A DNA stretch of 64,000 bases from a bacterium (GCA_043812655.1 JBDRLW010000030.1:1-64000); one strand, 5' to 3'. Positions 1-9,979 are shown, counted from the stretch's first letter. Notes: a model not told the origin generated them from the letters alone. Made by a program: numbers and translations.

Positions 1-486
1 CCAACCGTCCAAGTCGATTTTAATTTACCGCAAAGATTTAATTTAACCTACGTCGCCGAAGATGGCAAAGAAAAGACCCCAGTCATGGTCCACCGCGCGA
101 TCTTAGGCAGTTTGGAACGCTTTATGGGCGCTTTAATCGAACAATACGGCGGCGCCTTCCCCACTTGGCTCGCTCCAGTCCAAGCGATCGTCCTGCCGAT
201 CTCGGAAAAGTTCTTGGCGTATGGTGAAAAAATCACCACTGAATTGAAGGCAGCCGGGATCCGTGCTGAGCTTGACCGGAGAGGCGAAAAGATCGGCGCC
301 AAGATCCGCGACGCCCAAATGCAAAAGATCCCTTATATGTTAATTGTCGGCGAAAAAGAACAAACAGCCGGGACGGTCGCCATTCGGCACCGGAGCCGGG
401 GAGACCTAGGCGCCAAGCCCCTTTCTGACTTCCTCTTTGACGTGAAGCCTGAAATACGCTATAATAATGAAACTAATGGGGGCTAA
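1..486 (+). CDS. thrS: Threonyl-tRNA synthetase, C-terminal part (5' end outside window)
   Basis: HRAILGSLERF motif, anticodon-binding domain (KIRDAQMQKIPY), upstream of infC. Confidence 0.97.
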   Translation, partial: PTVQVDFNLPQRFNLTYVAEDGKEKTPVMVHRAILGSLERFMGALIEQYGGAFPTWLAPVQAIVLPISEKFLAYGEKITTELKAAGIRAELDRRGEKIGAKIRDAQMQKIPYMLIVGEKEQTAGTVAIRHRSRGDLGAKPLSDFLFDVKPEIRYNNETNGG

Positions 487-491
487 AGCGT

Positions 492-1001
492 ATTAAGGAC
501 TATCAGATAAACGAGCGGATCTGGGCCAGGGAAGTCCGGCTTATAGACGATGAAGGCAAACAGCTCGGTGTCGTCGCTACCCCAGAGGCGCTTCGGCTCG
601 CCAGGGAAAAAGGTTTTGACCTGATCCTGATCGTCGCTAATTCCAAGCCGCCCGTGGCGCGGATCGGCGATTACGGCAAGCTTAAATATGACCTGGCCAA
701 GAAAGATAAGGAAGCCAGGAAGTCATCAAAATCGGGGACGCTCAAGGAAGTTAAACTTTCACCCAAAATTGCCGACCACGATTTTAATGTCCGAGTGGAA
801 AAGGCCAAAGAGCTCCTTTTGAAGGGGCACAAGGTTAAAGCCACCATTATGTTTAGAGGGAGGGAAATGGCGCATGTCAACCTGGGACGAGTTGTCCTCG
901 ACCGGTTGATCGAAGCGATCGCGGAGCACGGCAAGGCCGATGCCCCATCAAAGATGGAAGGGAAAAATTTGTTCGCCATCTTGTCGCCAATAAAAAAGTA
1001 A
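492..1001 (+). CDS. infC: Translation initiation factor IF-3 (ATT start)
   Basis: ATT at 492 is in frame with ORF 654..1001 and gives IKDYQINERIWAREVRLID; thrS-infC-rpmI-rplT order. Confidence 0.93.
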   Translation: MKDYQINERIWAREVRLIDDEGKQLGVVATPEALRLAREKGFDLILIVANSKPPVARIGDYGKLKYDLAKKDKEARKSSKSGTLKEVKLSPKIADHDFNVRVEKAKELLLKGHKVKATIMFRGREMAHVNLGRVVLDRLIEAIAEHGKADAPSKMEGKNLFAILSPIKK

Positions 1002-1002
1002 G

Positions 1003-1209
1003 ATGCCAAAAATAAAAACCAGAAGAGCGGCCGCCAAAAGGTTCGTCATTAAGAAATCCGGGACGATCATGAGGCGCCATGCCAAACTGCGCCATCTCTT
1101 GGAATGCAAGAATAGCCGCCAGCGGCGCAAATTAAGAAGGTCATCAGTCGTCTCCCCGTCCGACGAAAGAAGGATCAGGGATATGCTGCCGGGAGGTTCC
1201 AATGGTTAG
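1003..1209 (+). CDS. rpmI: 50S ribosomal protein L35
   Basis: MPKIKTRRAAAKRF; synteny. Confidence 0.96.
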   Translation: MPKIKTRRAAAKRFVIKKSGTIMRRHAKLRHLLECKNSRQRRKLRRSSVVSPSDERRIRDMLPGGSNG

Positions 1210-1552
1210 AGTAAAACGGGGCTTCGTTGCGAGGCGTAGAAGAAAGAAATTAATTAAGAAGGCCAAAGGGTTTAGAATAACCCGTAGGACGCAGTTTAGA
1301 CAGGCCAAACAAGCCGTTTATAAGGCAATGCGCCATGCCACCCGGCATCGCAAGACCAAAAAACGGACCATGAGAATGCTCTGGACCACCAGGATTAACG
1401 CGGCCGTCCGCCAGCTCGGCTTGAAATATAATGAGTTTATCGCTCTGCTGAAAAAAGCCAATATTAAGCTTGACCGGAAGATCTTGGCTGATCTGGCTAT
1501 TAATGACTCTTCCGTTTTTGGCAAGATCGTCGCCGCGATTAAAAAAGCATGA
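1202..1552 (+). CDS. rplT: 50S ribosomal protein L20
   Basis: MVRVKRG, WTTRINAA, LDRKILADLA. Confidence 0.97.
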   Translation: MVRVKRGFVARRRRKKLIKKAKGFRITRRTQFRQAKQAVYKAMRHATRHRKTKKRTMRMLWTTRINAAVRQLGLKYNEFIALLKKANIKLDRKILADLAINDSSVFGKIVAAIKKA

Positions 1553-2040
1553 TCGAAATGGGGGTCGGAGGACTCGGCTTTGATCCACGCAACTTGTCTC
1601 CTCTGGTCTTACTTAAAGATACCGAAGATCTTAATTTTCTCCCGATCTGGATCGGGGTGTTTGAAGCCTCGGCGATCGCCATGGAGCTCCAAGGGGTTGT
1701 CCCTCCCCGGCCAATGACCCACGACCTGATCAGGAATATCGTCGAAGCCTTTGGCGGCAAATTCAAAAAAATAGTTATTAATGACCTCAAAGACGGAACT
1801 TTTTTCGCCGTAATTGAAATTGATGGTAAAGACGGAAAACCTTTAAGCCTCGATGCCAGGCCTTCAGATGCCCTAGCTTTAGCGGTCAGATGTCATATCC
1901 CAATTTTTGTCGCTGAAGGGGTCATGATGCAGGCTAAATTGGTTAATTCCGAAAAAGATGAAGCCGAAACCAAGAAGTTTAAAGACTTCATCGAAAATAT
2001 GCGCCCCGAAGACTTTACTAAATACTACAAACAGGACTAG
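1549..2040 (+). CDS. Bifunctional nuclease family protein (DUF151)
   Basis: LPIWIG.FEA, RPMTHDL, DARPSDALALA motifs. Confidence 0.9.
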   Translation: MIEMGVGGLGFDPRNLSPLVLLKDTEDLNFLPIWIGVFEASAIAMELQGVVPPRPMTHDLIRNIVEAFGGKFKKIVINDLKDGTFFAVIEIDGKDGKPLSLDARPSDALALAVRCHIPIFVAEGVMMQAKLVNSEKDEAETKKFKDFIENMRPEDFTKYYKQD

Positions 2041-2041
2041 C

Positions 2042-2398
2042 TTACGACCGCGAGATCAAAAAGACCCCGGCAATAATGACCGCGATCCCTGCCCATCTGA
2101 CCAGTGAAACATTTTCTTTAAAAAAGACCATTGAACAGATCGCAACTAAAACATAAGCTACGCTAACCATAGGATAAACAAAGCTTAATTGCATCCTCGA
2201 TAAGACGATCAGCCAAAATATTGACGATAAACCAAAACAAGCAAAACCGAAGAAGACCCACGGGTTTAAGAACATCGGGATTATTTTCACTAAAAGCTGG
2301 CTGGCGGGAAATGAGCCGAACGCCATCATTCCTTTTTTCATCAAGAGCTGTCCAGCCACCGCCAGCAAGATCGACGTCGCCATTATTACATAATTCAC
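2042..2398 (-). CDS. EamA/SMR-like small membrane transporter (ArnE/ArnF-like)
   Basis: Four hydrophobic helices; GQLLMKKG, LSFVYP, FFKENVS motifs. Confidence 0.8.
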   Translation of the reverse strand: MNYVIMATSILLAVAGQLLMKKGMMAFGSFPASQLLVKIIPMFLNPWVFFGFACFGLSSIFWLIVLSRMQLSFVYPMVSVAYVLVAICSMVFFKENVSLVRWAGIAVIIAGVFLISRS

Positions 2399-2399
2399 C

Positions 2400-2813
2400 T
2401 TATATCTCCTTTTGTCTAAAATACTTCATTGGACTGGCCGTAAACTCGATCCGCAAGATCACCGCCGCGCCGCTCTTTTCTCCAACAGCGTAAAAAAACT
2501 CCTGGTCTTTCTCCCGAACGATCTTATATTCGCCACTCCCCAAGCTTCCCCTCTTCCCAACTGCCCCGTCTTTTAACCAGTTAAAATCATTCTCCGGTGC
2601 ATGCGGTAGATCGGTATACCAGTTGGGATTATGGGCAAGCTCCACCTTTCCCGCTGCTATTCCTGCCTCCGCCAGCCACCACGCCTCTTCCCTTTTAACC
2701 AGGGAAACCGTTCCAGCATAATTATTATAGACTATTTTTGTCAAAATACCAGCCAGCAACAATAATGTAGAGATAATAACGATAACTATTAAGAGGGCAT
2801 TGCCTTTCTTCAT
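2400..2813 (-). CDS. Minor pilin-like protein (PilX/ComGG-like N-terminus)
   Basis: KKGNALL plus hydrophobic helix, AWWLAEAGI motif; last gene of pilin cluster. Confidence 0.65.
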   Translation of the reverse strand: MKKGNALLIVIVIISTLLLLAGILTKIVYNNYAGTVSLVKREEAWWLAEAGIAAGKVELAHNPNWYTDLPHAPENDFNWLKDGAVGKRGSLGSGEYKIVREKDQEFFYAVGEKSGAAVILRIEFTASPMKYFRQKEI

Positions 2814-2814
2814 C

Positions 2815-3234
2815 TTATTCTCTCACCCCAACTAAAAAGGAAAAATGGTCGGTCGTAATCTCGGCTTGGCCCGGCGCGGGATAAGAAAACGCAAGTTTTT
2901 TTAGCTCATCTTCACTCGTTAAATAACTGACGCTTGCTCCTTTTTTTCTGCGCACTTTATTATTAACCAAGCTGTATGCGTATATATAGGAGCTAATTTT
3001 GATTTGGATCTCCTGCGAAGTTGAAGAGGTCAAGATCTCATCCGCTGAGCGGATATCACGAGCCAGGCGCTCGCATATTATATTTTCAACCTGTAAGTTA
3101 CTGCTTTTATTGGCCACTTTTTTCCAAGTCCGATACGCGGCCGCAAAAGAAAAGAATATCCCGCTAATTAATATTCCCATTAATGAGAGAGAAATCATCA
3201 GTTCAACCAACGTAAAACCCTTTCTTTTTTTCAA
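2815..3234 (-). CDS. Prepilin-type N-terminal methylation domain protein
   Basis: KGFTLVELM class III signal. Confidence 0.88.
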   Translation of the reverse strand: MKKRKGFTLVELMISLSLMGILISGIFFSFAAAYRTWKKVANKSSNLQVENIICERLARDIRSADEILTSSTSQEIQIKISSYIYAYSLVNNKVRRKKGASVSYLTSEDELKKLAFSYPAPGQAEITTDHFSFLVGVRE

Positions 3235-3503
3235 TATTTACTCCTTAAGCTAACCAGCTTAAACGGTGGATGTTTAGCGTCCCACGTTACCGTGACTTCG
3301 ATCATCTCCAGTTCGCTGGCCGTCATTTCCTTTCTTAACGTTTCCATTTTACTTCTGCCTATATAAAGAGCCTTTGAATATTTCCCGCTTAAATCAAGGT
3401 AATTCTGCGCGGATTTTAGGAAATAGGCAAAGCTGGCAATGGTCGTAATAAATAACATCGTAGCGATAACAACTTCGATCAATGTAAAACCCCGCCTATT
3501 CAA
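3231..3503 (-). CDS. Prepilin-type N-terminal methylation domain protein
   Basis: RGFTLIEV class III signal. Confidence 0.88.
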   Translation of the reverse strand: MNRRGFTLIEVVIATMLFITTIASFAYFLKSAQNYLDLSGKYSKALYIGRSKMETLRKEMTASELEMIEVTVTWDAKHPPFKLVSLRSKY

Positions 3504-3807
3504 CTCTCACCCTCCCCACAGAAGAAAGGATAACTTTGCTCCCATTACCTAGATCAATTGTTTTTACGCTTAAGGCTTTGGGATAGCCTGAACGGGCAAA
3601 GGTATTGGTTGTTATCCCCGCTTGGGCTTTAGCTTGGTCGAGGCGAAGTGAGGCGGCAAGCTCCCTGGCGCTTGATTCACTCTTAATGTTTGCTTTGAAC
3701 CGAGTAAAAGTAGGTAAAGATAAAGAGAATGCTAATCCGCAGATGCCGACAACTACCACCAATTCCGCTAACGTAAACCCCTTCCGCCCCATCTGTCCCC
3801 TCCCCAT
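3496..3807 (-). CDS. Prepilin-type protein (FimT/GspH-like; alternative start 3792)
   Basis: KGFTLAELV; C-terminal SSVGRVR. Confidence 0.85.
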   Translation of the reverse strand: MGRGQMGRKGFTLAELVVVVGICGLAFSLSLPTFTRFKANIKSESSARELAASLRLDQAKAQAGITTNTFARSGYPKALSVKTIDLGNGSKVILSSVGRVRVE

Positions 3808-3813
3808 TTTTTT

Positions 3814-3834
3814 CTCCCAACTCCTAACTCCAAA
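3814..3834. repeat. Degenerate heptamer tandem repeat
   Basis: CTCCCAA CTCCTAA CTCCAAA. Confidence 0.7.
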
Positions 3835-3835
3835 C

Positions 3836-4684
3836 TTATCGCGCGTCGATCAGCAAATTATCGATCAACCTTGTCTTCCCAACATGTGCGGCGATCGCCA
3901 AAAGTATTTTCCCTTTTGCTTGTTTCGCTTCTTCTAGCGTCTCTGGGTTAACCACCATTAAATAATCTATCCGGACGACCGGTTCGCTCCCAATTAGCGA
4001 ACGGAGACGAAAAACGATCTTATTAATGTCTTTTTCTCCTCGCTCGATCTCTTCTTGCGCTATGGATAAAGCCTTATAAATTATCGCGGCCGCTTTCCTC
4101 TCGTGGCTGCTCAAGCGTGAGTTCCTTGAGCTCATGGCCAAGCCGTCGTATTCACGAACGATCGGGACTGAAACCAGTTCGATCGATAAATTCAGATCCT
4201 TGATCAGTTGCCTAATAATTAATTGCTGTTGAAAATCTTTTTCACCAAAAAAGACCACGTCGGGCGCCACAATATTAAATAATTTAGCCACGATCGTGGT
4301 AACCCCGCGAAAGTGGGCCGGCCTAGACCGACCGCACAGCTTCTTGGAGAGCCCCTCCACTTCAACGAAGGTCTTAAAATCTTCCGGTAAGATCTTGGAC
4401 GCTTCCGGCAGGAAAAGAGCGTCAATATCATGATTTTTTAAAAGCTTCTTATCGTGTCTTAAGTTTCTGGGATAATGAGCAAAATCCTCATTCGGTGCAA
4501 ATTGGATCGGGTTAACAAAAATACTGACGACAACAACATCGGCTTTTTTCTTGGCTTCGGCAACCAAGGAAAGATGTCCCTCGTGCAAGGCCCCCATCGT
4601 GGGGACAAACCCGACCTTTTTCCCATGGTTCTTTGCTTTTTGGGAAAAAAGATACATCTCGCGCAGGTTTTTTATTTCACGCAT
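3836..4684 (-). CDS. panC: Pantoate--beta-alanine ligase
   Basis: VPTMGALHEGH, FFGEKDFQQ, GLAMSSRN, RLIDN. Confidence 0.97.
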   Translation of the reverse strand: MREIKNLREMYLFSQKAKNHGKKVGFVPTMGALHEGHLSLVAEAKKKADVVVVSIFVNPIQFAPNEDFAHYPRNLRHDKKLLKNHDIDALFLPEASKILPEDFKTFVEVEGLSKKLCGRSRPAHFRGVTTIVAKLFNIVAPDVVFFGEKDFQQQLIIRQLIKDLNLSIELVSVPIVREYDGLAMSSRNSRLSSHERKAAAIIYKALSIAQEEIERGEKDINKIVFRLRSLIGSEPVVRIDYLMVVNPETLEEAKQAKGKILLAIAAHVGKTRLIDNLLIDAR

Positions 4685-4685
4685 C

Positions 4686-4787
4686 TTATTTTATCAATCC
4701 ATGCTTGGCGATCAGCCATAAGATCACGGCCAAGATTACCGCGAAGAGCTTAAGATAAATATTTTTAGAGAGGAAGGTCTTAAGCAC
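4686..4787 (-). CDS. 33-aa single-TM mini-protein MLKTFLSKNIYLKLFAVILAVILWLIAKHGLIK
   Basis: GTG start at 4787 preceded by AAGGAGG; overlaps topA stop and ends 1 nt before panC ATG. Confidence 0.65.
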   Translation of the reverse strand: MLKTFLSKNIYLKLFAVILAVILWLIAKHGLIK

Positions 4788-6930
4788 TTTTCCCTCCTTC
4801 GGCCGTTGGCTTTTGCCAGGTCGCAAAATCGCATTTTGGATAGTTGCCGCAACCGTAAAAAGTTCGCCCTTTTTTGGTCCTTTTTTCAACCACATCGCCG
4901 CCGCACTTTGGACATTTTACTCCCAACTTTACCTGGATCGATTTTATATTTTTGCAATCAGGATAGCCGCTGCAAGCCAGGAAAGCGCCAAAGCGTCCAT
5001 GCTTCATCACCATTGGTTTGCCGCATTTTTCGCAATTTTCCTGGATCGCCTTGATCTTGGCCTCTTCTTCAGGCAGGTTTTTAGTGAATTTACATTTTGG
5101 ATAATTTGAGCAAGCCATAAAATCGCCGTAACGACCCTGGCGGATCATTATCTTACTGCCGCAGTCAGGACAGATCTCCTCGGTCATTATCTCTTTTTTA
5201 ACCTTCTCCATCTTTACTTCGGCTGTTTCAAGCGCCTTTTTAAACGGGCCATAAAATTCATGGAGGGCCTTGACCCAATCGATTTTTTCCTCAACGATCT
5301 CATCAAGCTCGTCTTCCATCCGGGCGGTAAATTTAATATCAAGGATTTGCGGAAAATTTTTCACTAACAAACCATTGGTCACTATCCCGATCTCTGTCGG
5401 CTTTAACGCTTTCCCTTCTTTAATAACATAACCACGGTCCTGGACCGTTGAGATGATCGGCGCATAAGTTGACGGGCGCCCGATCCCTTTTTGTTCCAGT
5501 TCCTTGACCAGTGAAGCTTCGGTGTAGCGGGGCGGCGGCTGGGTAAAATGCTGGCCAGGGATAACTTCAATTAAGCTTAAATCCTCTCCTTCGGTCAATA
5601 GCGGCAGGGTCTCTTCTTTATCTTCTTCCTTATCATCATCGGTGCTCTCTTTATATACCTGGAAAAACCCAGGAAATTTAATGACCGACCCTGATGCCCT
5701 TAAAATATAGCCGCCGGCTTCAACATCAACCGAGGTCTGGTCAAAGATCGCCGCTTCCATCTGGCAGGCGATGAATCTTTTCCAGATCAACTCATAAAGT
5801 TTTAGCTCTTCCGGTTTTAAGCTGTCTTTGATCTCTTCTGGCGTCCTGGCAATGCGCGTCGGCCGGATCGCTTCGTGAGCGTCTTGGGCCTGTTTTTTCT
5901 TTTTGTAGCGGACCGGCGCGGCCGGTAAATATTTTTTACCGAAAGATTCCGCGATGTATTTCCTGACTTCGGTCTCGGCTTCAGCCGCGATCCTGACCGA
6001 ATCGGTACGCATATAAGTGATTAACCCAACCCGCTCCCCTTTAAGGTCAACGCCTTCATAAAGCTTCTGGGCGATCATCATCGTCCGTTTAGCCGAATAA
6101 CCCAGTTTGCGCGAAGCTTCTTGCTGGAGCGTGCTGGTAATAAAAGGCGGGGCTGGATTACGCTTGGATTCTTTCTTCCTAACTTCCTTAACGGTATATG
6201 GCGATGTTTCCAGTTTTTTGACTATCTCTTTGGCTTCAGCCTCTCCCCCGATCACTTTTCCTTTATCGTTCGGGTTAACGCCAAGCGGCTTATCGCCTTC
6301 AGCCACTAATTTGGCTTGAAAATCGACTTTATCATGGTTAGCAAGCTTTGCGATTATATCCCAATACTCTTCGGCCTTAAACTTGCCGATCTCCGCTTCC
6401 CGTTCGCAGATCAACCTGACCGCGACCGACTGGACTCGCCCAGCCGACAAGCCTTTGCGCACTTTTTTCCAAAGGAGTGGGCTTAACTTATAACCAACTA
6501 ACCGATCGAGGATCCGGCGGGCTTGTTGGGCATCAACCCTGGCTTGGTCAATTTCCCGCGGGTGGTTAACCGCGTTGGTCACCGCTTCTTTCGTAATTTC
6601 ATGGAACTCGATCCGTTTAACTTTTTTGTCGGCTCCAAGGATGGCTTTTAGGTGCCAGGCGATCGCTTCTCCCTCGCGGTCCGGATCAGGGGCAAGGTAA
6701 ATTACTTTGGCTTTAGCTCCCGCGGCCTTTAGCTCTTTAACTATTTTTTCTTTCCCTTTAATGATCTGGTAGTTCGGAGTAAAATGATCTTCGATCTTTA
6801 CACCAATTGACTTAGGGGGAAGATCACGGACATGTCCACCGCTCGCCACCACGACAAAATCCTTCCCTAAGAATTTTTCAAGGGTTCTGGCTTTCGCTGG
6901 AGATTCGACGATAACTAGATTTTTTGCCAA
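4780..6930 (-). CDS. topA: DNA topoisomerase I with C-terminal zinc ribbons
   Basis: LVIVESPAKA, DPDREGE, SAGRVQS, ITYMRTD, three C4 ribbons. Confidence 0.98.
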   Translation of the reverse strand: MAKNLVIVESPAKARTLEKFLGKDFVVVASGGHVRDLPPKSIGVKIEDHFTPNYQIIKGKEKIVKELKAAGAKAKVIYLAPDPDREGEAIAWHLKAILGADKKVKRIEFHEITKEAVTNAVNHPREIDQARVDAQQARRILDRLVGYKLSPLLWKKVRKGLSAGRVQSVAVRLICEREAEIGKFKAEEYWDIIAKLANHDKVDFQAKLVAEGDKPLGVNPNDKGKVIGGEAEAKEIVKKLETSPYTVKEVRKKESKRNPAPPFITSTLQQEASRKLGYSAKRTMMIAQKLYEGVDLKGERVGLITYMRTDSVRIAAEAETEVRKYIAESFGKKYLPAAPVRYKKKKQAQDAHEAIRPTRIARTPEEIKDSLKPEELKLYELIWKRFIACQMEAAIFDQTSVDVEAGGYILRASGSVIKFPGFFQVYKESTDDDKEEDKEETLPLLTEGEDLSLIEVIPGQHFTQPPPRYTEASLVKELEQKGIGRPSTYAPIISTVQDRGYVIKEGKALKPTEIGIVTNGLLVKNFPQILDIKFTARMEDELDEIVEEKIDWVKALHEFYGPFKKALETAEVKMEKVKKEIMTEEICPDCGSKIMIRQGRYGDFMACSNYPKCKFTKNLPEEEAKIKAIQENCEKCGKPMVMKHGRFGAFLACSGYPDCKNIKSIQVKLGVKCPKCGGDVVEKRTKKGRTFYGCGNYPKCDFATWQKPTAEGGKSA

Positions 6931-6955
6931 TTTATTATTCCTATTCCTTATACTT

Positions 6956-6985
6956 ATGTTATCAGAGAGAGGCTTGATGTGTCAA
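6956..6985 (-). promoter_or_regulatory. Putative sigma70 promoter of topA
   Basis: TTGACA-N18-TAACAT with extended TG. Confidence 0.5.
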
Positions 6986-7031
6986 ACAAAGCAACACAAT
7001 TGCCACGTTTAGACGCGTCTATTTTGGCGAA

Positions 7032-8678
7032 CTACCGCCCAAAACGCTTGGCCAGCTCGGCTTCAGATAGTCTAACCATGGTCGGTCTACCGTGCGGGCA
7101 CGTTAAAGGATTTTGGGTGGCAAAGAGGTCTTTTATTAGTTGGTTTATCTCGGTCTGGTCCAGTTTATCGCCCGCTTTGATCGCGCTGTGGCAGGCTAGA
7201 TATTTTCTGATCCTCTCCTGCTTAACCTCAATCTGGACACTCTTGCCGATCTCGCCAAGCTCGGCAGCAATATCTTGGATAAATTGCATAACTGATAACT
7301 TTGAGGCAACGGCTGGCACTGCCCGCAAGATAAAACTATTATTCCCAAACTCTTCAATATCAAAACCAATTTTCTTTAAGTAATCTAAATTGTCTTTTAA
7401 CATCCCCGCTTCGTTAACATTAAACTCTAACGTCTCTGGTACCAGTAAAAATTGACTCTCTACCCCCTCCCCCCTATCCCCTAGCTCCTGGTTACTCAGC
7501 CTATCATAGAGTATTCTCTCATGCGCCGCGTGCTGGTCGATCAACACCAGCTCCTCCCCATCGGTCGCTACTATATATGTAAGCTTGAATTGGTGGATAG
7601 GGGATAGGGGGTAGGGAGTAGGTAGTAGTTCGGAAAAACTTGGAGGAAAAGATAGATTACTAAGTCCTAGACCATGAAAGTTTGGCAAAGTATCTGGCAC
7701 AAATGAAGGGAATTCTGGCAGCCGTTCGCTTTCCCTTTCCGTCCTACTCCCTATCCCCTCGCCCCTAGCCTCTAAGGCCTTGCTTACGCTGCCCCTCACC
7801 GCGTCCATCACTTCCTGGTTTTTCACAAACTTTACTTCCCGCTTGGCCGGGTGGACGTTAACATCGACCCGCGCGGGATCGATCTCGATAAATAAAACCG
7901 CCGCCGGATAGCGGTTGCCGGGGATCAGCGTCCGATAAGCCTCTTCCAGCGCTCGATTGAGAAGGAAATTGCGAACATATCTTTTATTAACAAAAAAGGT
8001 TTCATAATTTTTATCTATCCGGCTTATTGTAGGGCGACTGACAAAGCCGTAGACCTTGCCGGCCGGGAAATCAAAAGCAACTTCGACTAATTCCTTAGCC
8101 AATTCACAACCATAGATCGCAAGGATCGCATCGCTAAGCTTGCCTGTGCCTGGTGTATTAATTAAAGTTTTGCCATCGGAGATAAATTTAAACGCGATCT
8201 GCGGATTAGACAATGAACTTTTCGCCACCACTTCGCCAATGTGGCCAGTTTCAGTCGAATTGGCCTTCAAAAACTTCTTCCTGGCTGGCGTATTATAAAA
8301 TAGATCTTTAACTTCGACGGTTAACCCCTTGGCCGGGTTAGGCGTGATCTTCATTCTCGAGACACTATCGATCGAAGGGAGTGCTTCTCCCCTAAAGCCT
8401 AGCGTGTGAATATTAAATAGATCATCGTAACTCGATATTTTTGAGGTTGAGTGTCTTTGCAGTGCTAATTTTATTTCCGCTTCGGTCAAACCACAGCCAT
8501 TATCAGCCACGCGGATCAGTTTTTTCCCCGCTTCGCCAATTTCCACTACGATTTGCGTCGCCCCCGCATCGATCGAATTTTCAACCAACTCTTTAACGAC
8601 CGACGCCGGCCGCTCGATCACTTCCCCGGCGGCGATTTTGTTGATGAGGTCAGAAGACAGGACTTTAATTGAGGTCAT
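7032..8678 (-). CDS. mutL: DNA mismatch repair endonuclease MutL (compact, 548 aa)
   Basis: KIAAGEVIERP, GFRGEAL, DQHAAHERILY, CPHGRP. Confidence 0.97.
   Translation of the reverse strand: MTSIKVLSSDLINKIAAGEVIERPASVVKELVENSIDAGATQIVVEIGEAGKKLIRVADNGCGLTEAEIKLALQRHSTSKISSYDDLFNIHTLGFRGEALPSIDSVSRMKITPNPAKGLTVEVKDLFYNTPARKKFLKANSTETGHIGEVVAKSSLSNPQIAFKFISDGKTLINTPGTGKLSDAILAIYGCELAKELVEVAFDFPAGKVYGFVSRPTISRIDKNYETFFVNKRYVRNFLLNRALEEAYRTLIPGNRYPAAVLFIEIDPARVDVNVHPAKREVKFVKNQEVMDAVRGSVSKALEARGEGIGSRTERESERLPEFPSFVPDTLPNFHGLGLSNLSFPPSFSELLPTPYPLSPIHQFKLTYIVATDGEELVLIDQHAAHERILYDRLSNQELGDRGEGVESQFLLVPETLEFNVNEAGMLKDNLDYLKKIGFDIEEFGNNSFILRAVPAVASKLSVMQFIQDIAAELGEIGKSVQIEVKQERIRKYLACHSAIKAGDKLDQTEINQLIKDLFATQNPLTCPHGRPTMVRLSEAELAKRFGR
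7455..7777. repeat. Three blocks of degenerate CCTATCC-type heptamers in mutL (7455-7489, 7595-7629 inverted, 7743-7777)
   Basis: GGATAGG GGATAGG GGGTAGG GAGTAGG; CCTACTC CCTATCC CCTCGCC CCTAGCC. Confidence 0.8.
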
Positions 8679-9979
8679 ACTAATGATGTTAACAATTCCT
8701 CAAAACCGGGGAAAGAAGTTTCGACACATTCCGTCTCTTCAATAACGGTTTTGCCGGTCGCAACAAGACCAGCGATCGACATGGCCATCGCAATTCGGTG
8801 ATCACCATAGCTTTGGATCGTGGAACCTTTTAAAGTTGTTGTGCCGTAAATGCGCAGGCCATCGCCTAATTCTTCAATCTGCGCGCCGAACTTGCGTAGT
8901 TCCGCCGCCACAGTTTTAATCCGGTCGCTTTCTTTAACCCGGAGTTCTTTCGCTCCACGGATTTCCGTTACTCCCTGCGCTTGCGTCGCCGCTACCGCAA
9001 TAATTGGGATTTCATCAATGATGCGAGGAATAATTTCGCCGTCTATTTTGATCGCTCCCAACTCCGAAGTCCTAACAATAATATCCGCTCTCGGCTCGCC
9101 GGAAATAATTCTTTCATTTTGAACTTCAATGTTCGCCCCCATCCGGTGGAGGACATCAATTATTCCCGTTCGTGTGGGGTTGACGCCTACGTTCATTATT
9201 TTAATTTCCGAATTTGGAATTAATAGTCCAGCAACCATAAAAAAAGCCGCAGACGAAATATCCCCTGGCACATCAACTTCAGCGCCAGAAAATTCTTCGT
9301 TACCCGTTACCCGTATCTCGTTACCAGTCTTTGATATTCTTAACCCAAAATGTTCCAGCATTCGCTCGGTATGATCGCGCGATGTGATTTTTTCAATCAC
9401 TGTCGTCTCGCCATCAGCATATAAGCCGGCCAAAAGGATCGCCGACTTTACTTGCGCTGACGCGACCGGCAATTCGTAAGTCATCCCTTTTAATTTTCTC
9501 CCAAAAACTTTAAATGGTGCAAAGATCTCCCCTTCACTTCCAAAATCGGCTCCCATTTGCTGGAGCGGAACCGCAACTCTTCCCATTGGCCTCTTTTGGA
9601 TCGATTTATCGCCGGTAATTTCAGAAGTAAAACCTTGTCCAGCTAAAATCCCAGTCATCAGCCTCATCGTCGTCCCCGAATTTCCAACATCCAGAATTCC
9701 CTCCGGCCTTTTCAACCCTTTTAATCCCTTGCCTTTTATAATTATTTTACCTTCATTCGGCATTAGGCATTCGGCATTAGGCATTTGAATCTCTACACCC
9801 ATCTTCCTAAAACATTCGATAGTCGCCAAACAATCGGCGCTCATAAGAAAGTTTTCAACTACTGTTTTCCCCTTGGCAATCGCCCCTAGCATGATCGCCC
9901 GGTGGGAGATCGATTTATCTCCGGGGACATGAATAGTGGCTTTAATATTTTTGGTTTGGTTAATTGTTAGCTTTTGCAT
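8675..9979 (-). CDS. aroA: 3-phosphoshikimate 1-carboxyvinyltransferase
   Basis: PGDKSISHR, GNSGTTMR, SAQVKS, ELRVKESDR, DHRIAM. Confidence 0.98.
   Translation of the reverse strand: MQKLTINQTKNIKATIHVPGDKSISHRAIMLGAIAKGKTVVENFLMSADCLATIECFRKMGVEIQMPNAECLMPNEGKIIIKGKGLKGLKRPEGILDVGNSGTTMRLMTGILAGQGFTSEITGDKSIQKRPMGRVAVPLQQMGADFGSEGEIFAPFKVFGRKLKGMTYELPVASAQVKSAILLAGLYADGETTVIEKITSRDHTERMLEHFGLRISKTGNEIRVTGNEEFSGAEVDVPGDISSAAFFMVAGLLIPNSEIKIMNVGVNPTRTGIIDVLHRMGANIEVQNERIISGEPRADIIVRTSELGAIKIDGEIIPRIIDEIPIIAVAATQAQGVTEIRGAKELRVKESDRIKTVAAELRKFGAQIEELGDGLRIYGTTTLKGSTIQSYGDHRIAMAMSIAGLVATGKTVIEETECVETSFPGFEELLTSLV
9754..9788. repeat. Heptamer tandem repeat inside aroA
   Basis: CATTCGG CATTAGG CATTCGG CATTAGG CATTTGA. 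Confidence 0.9.

Noticed and set aside
492..494. ATT start of infC as a novelty
   Set aside because: Well-known autoregulatory feature of infC.
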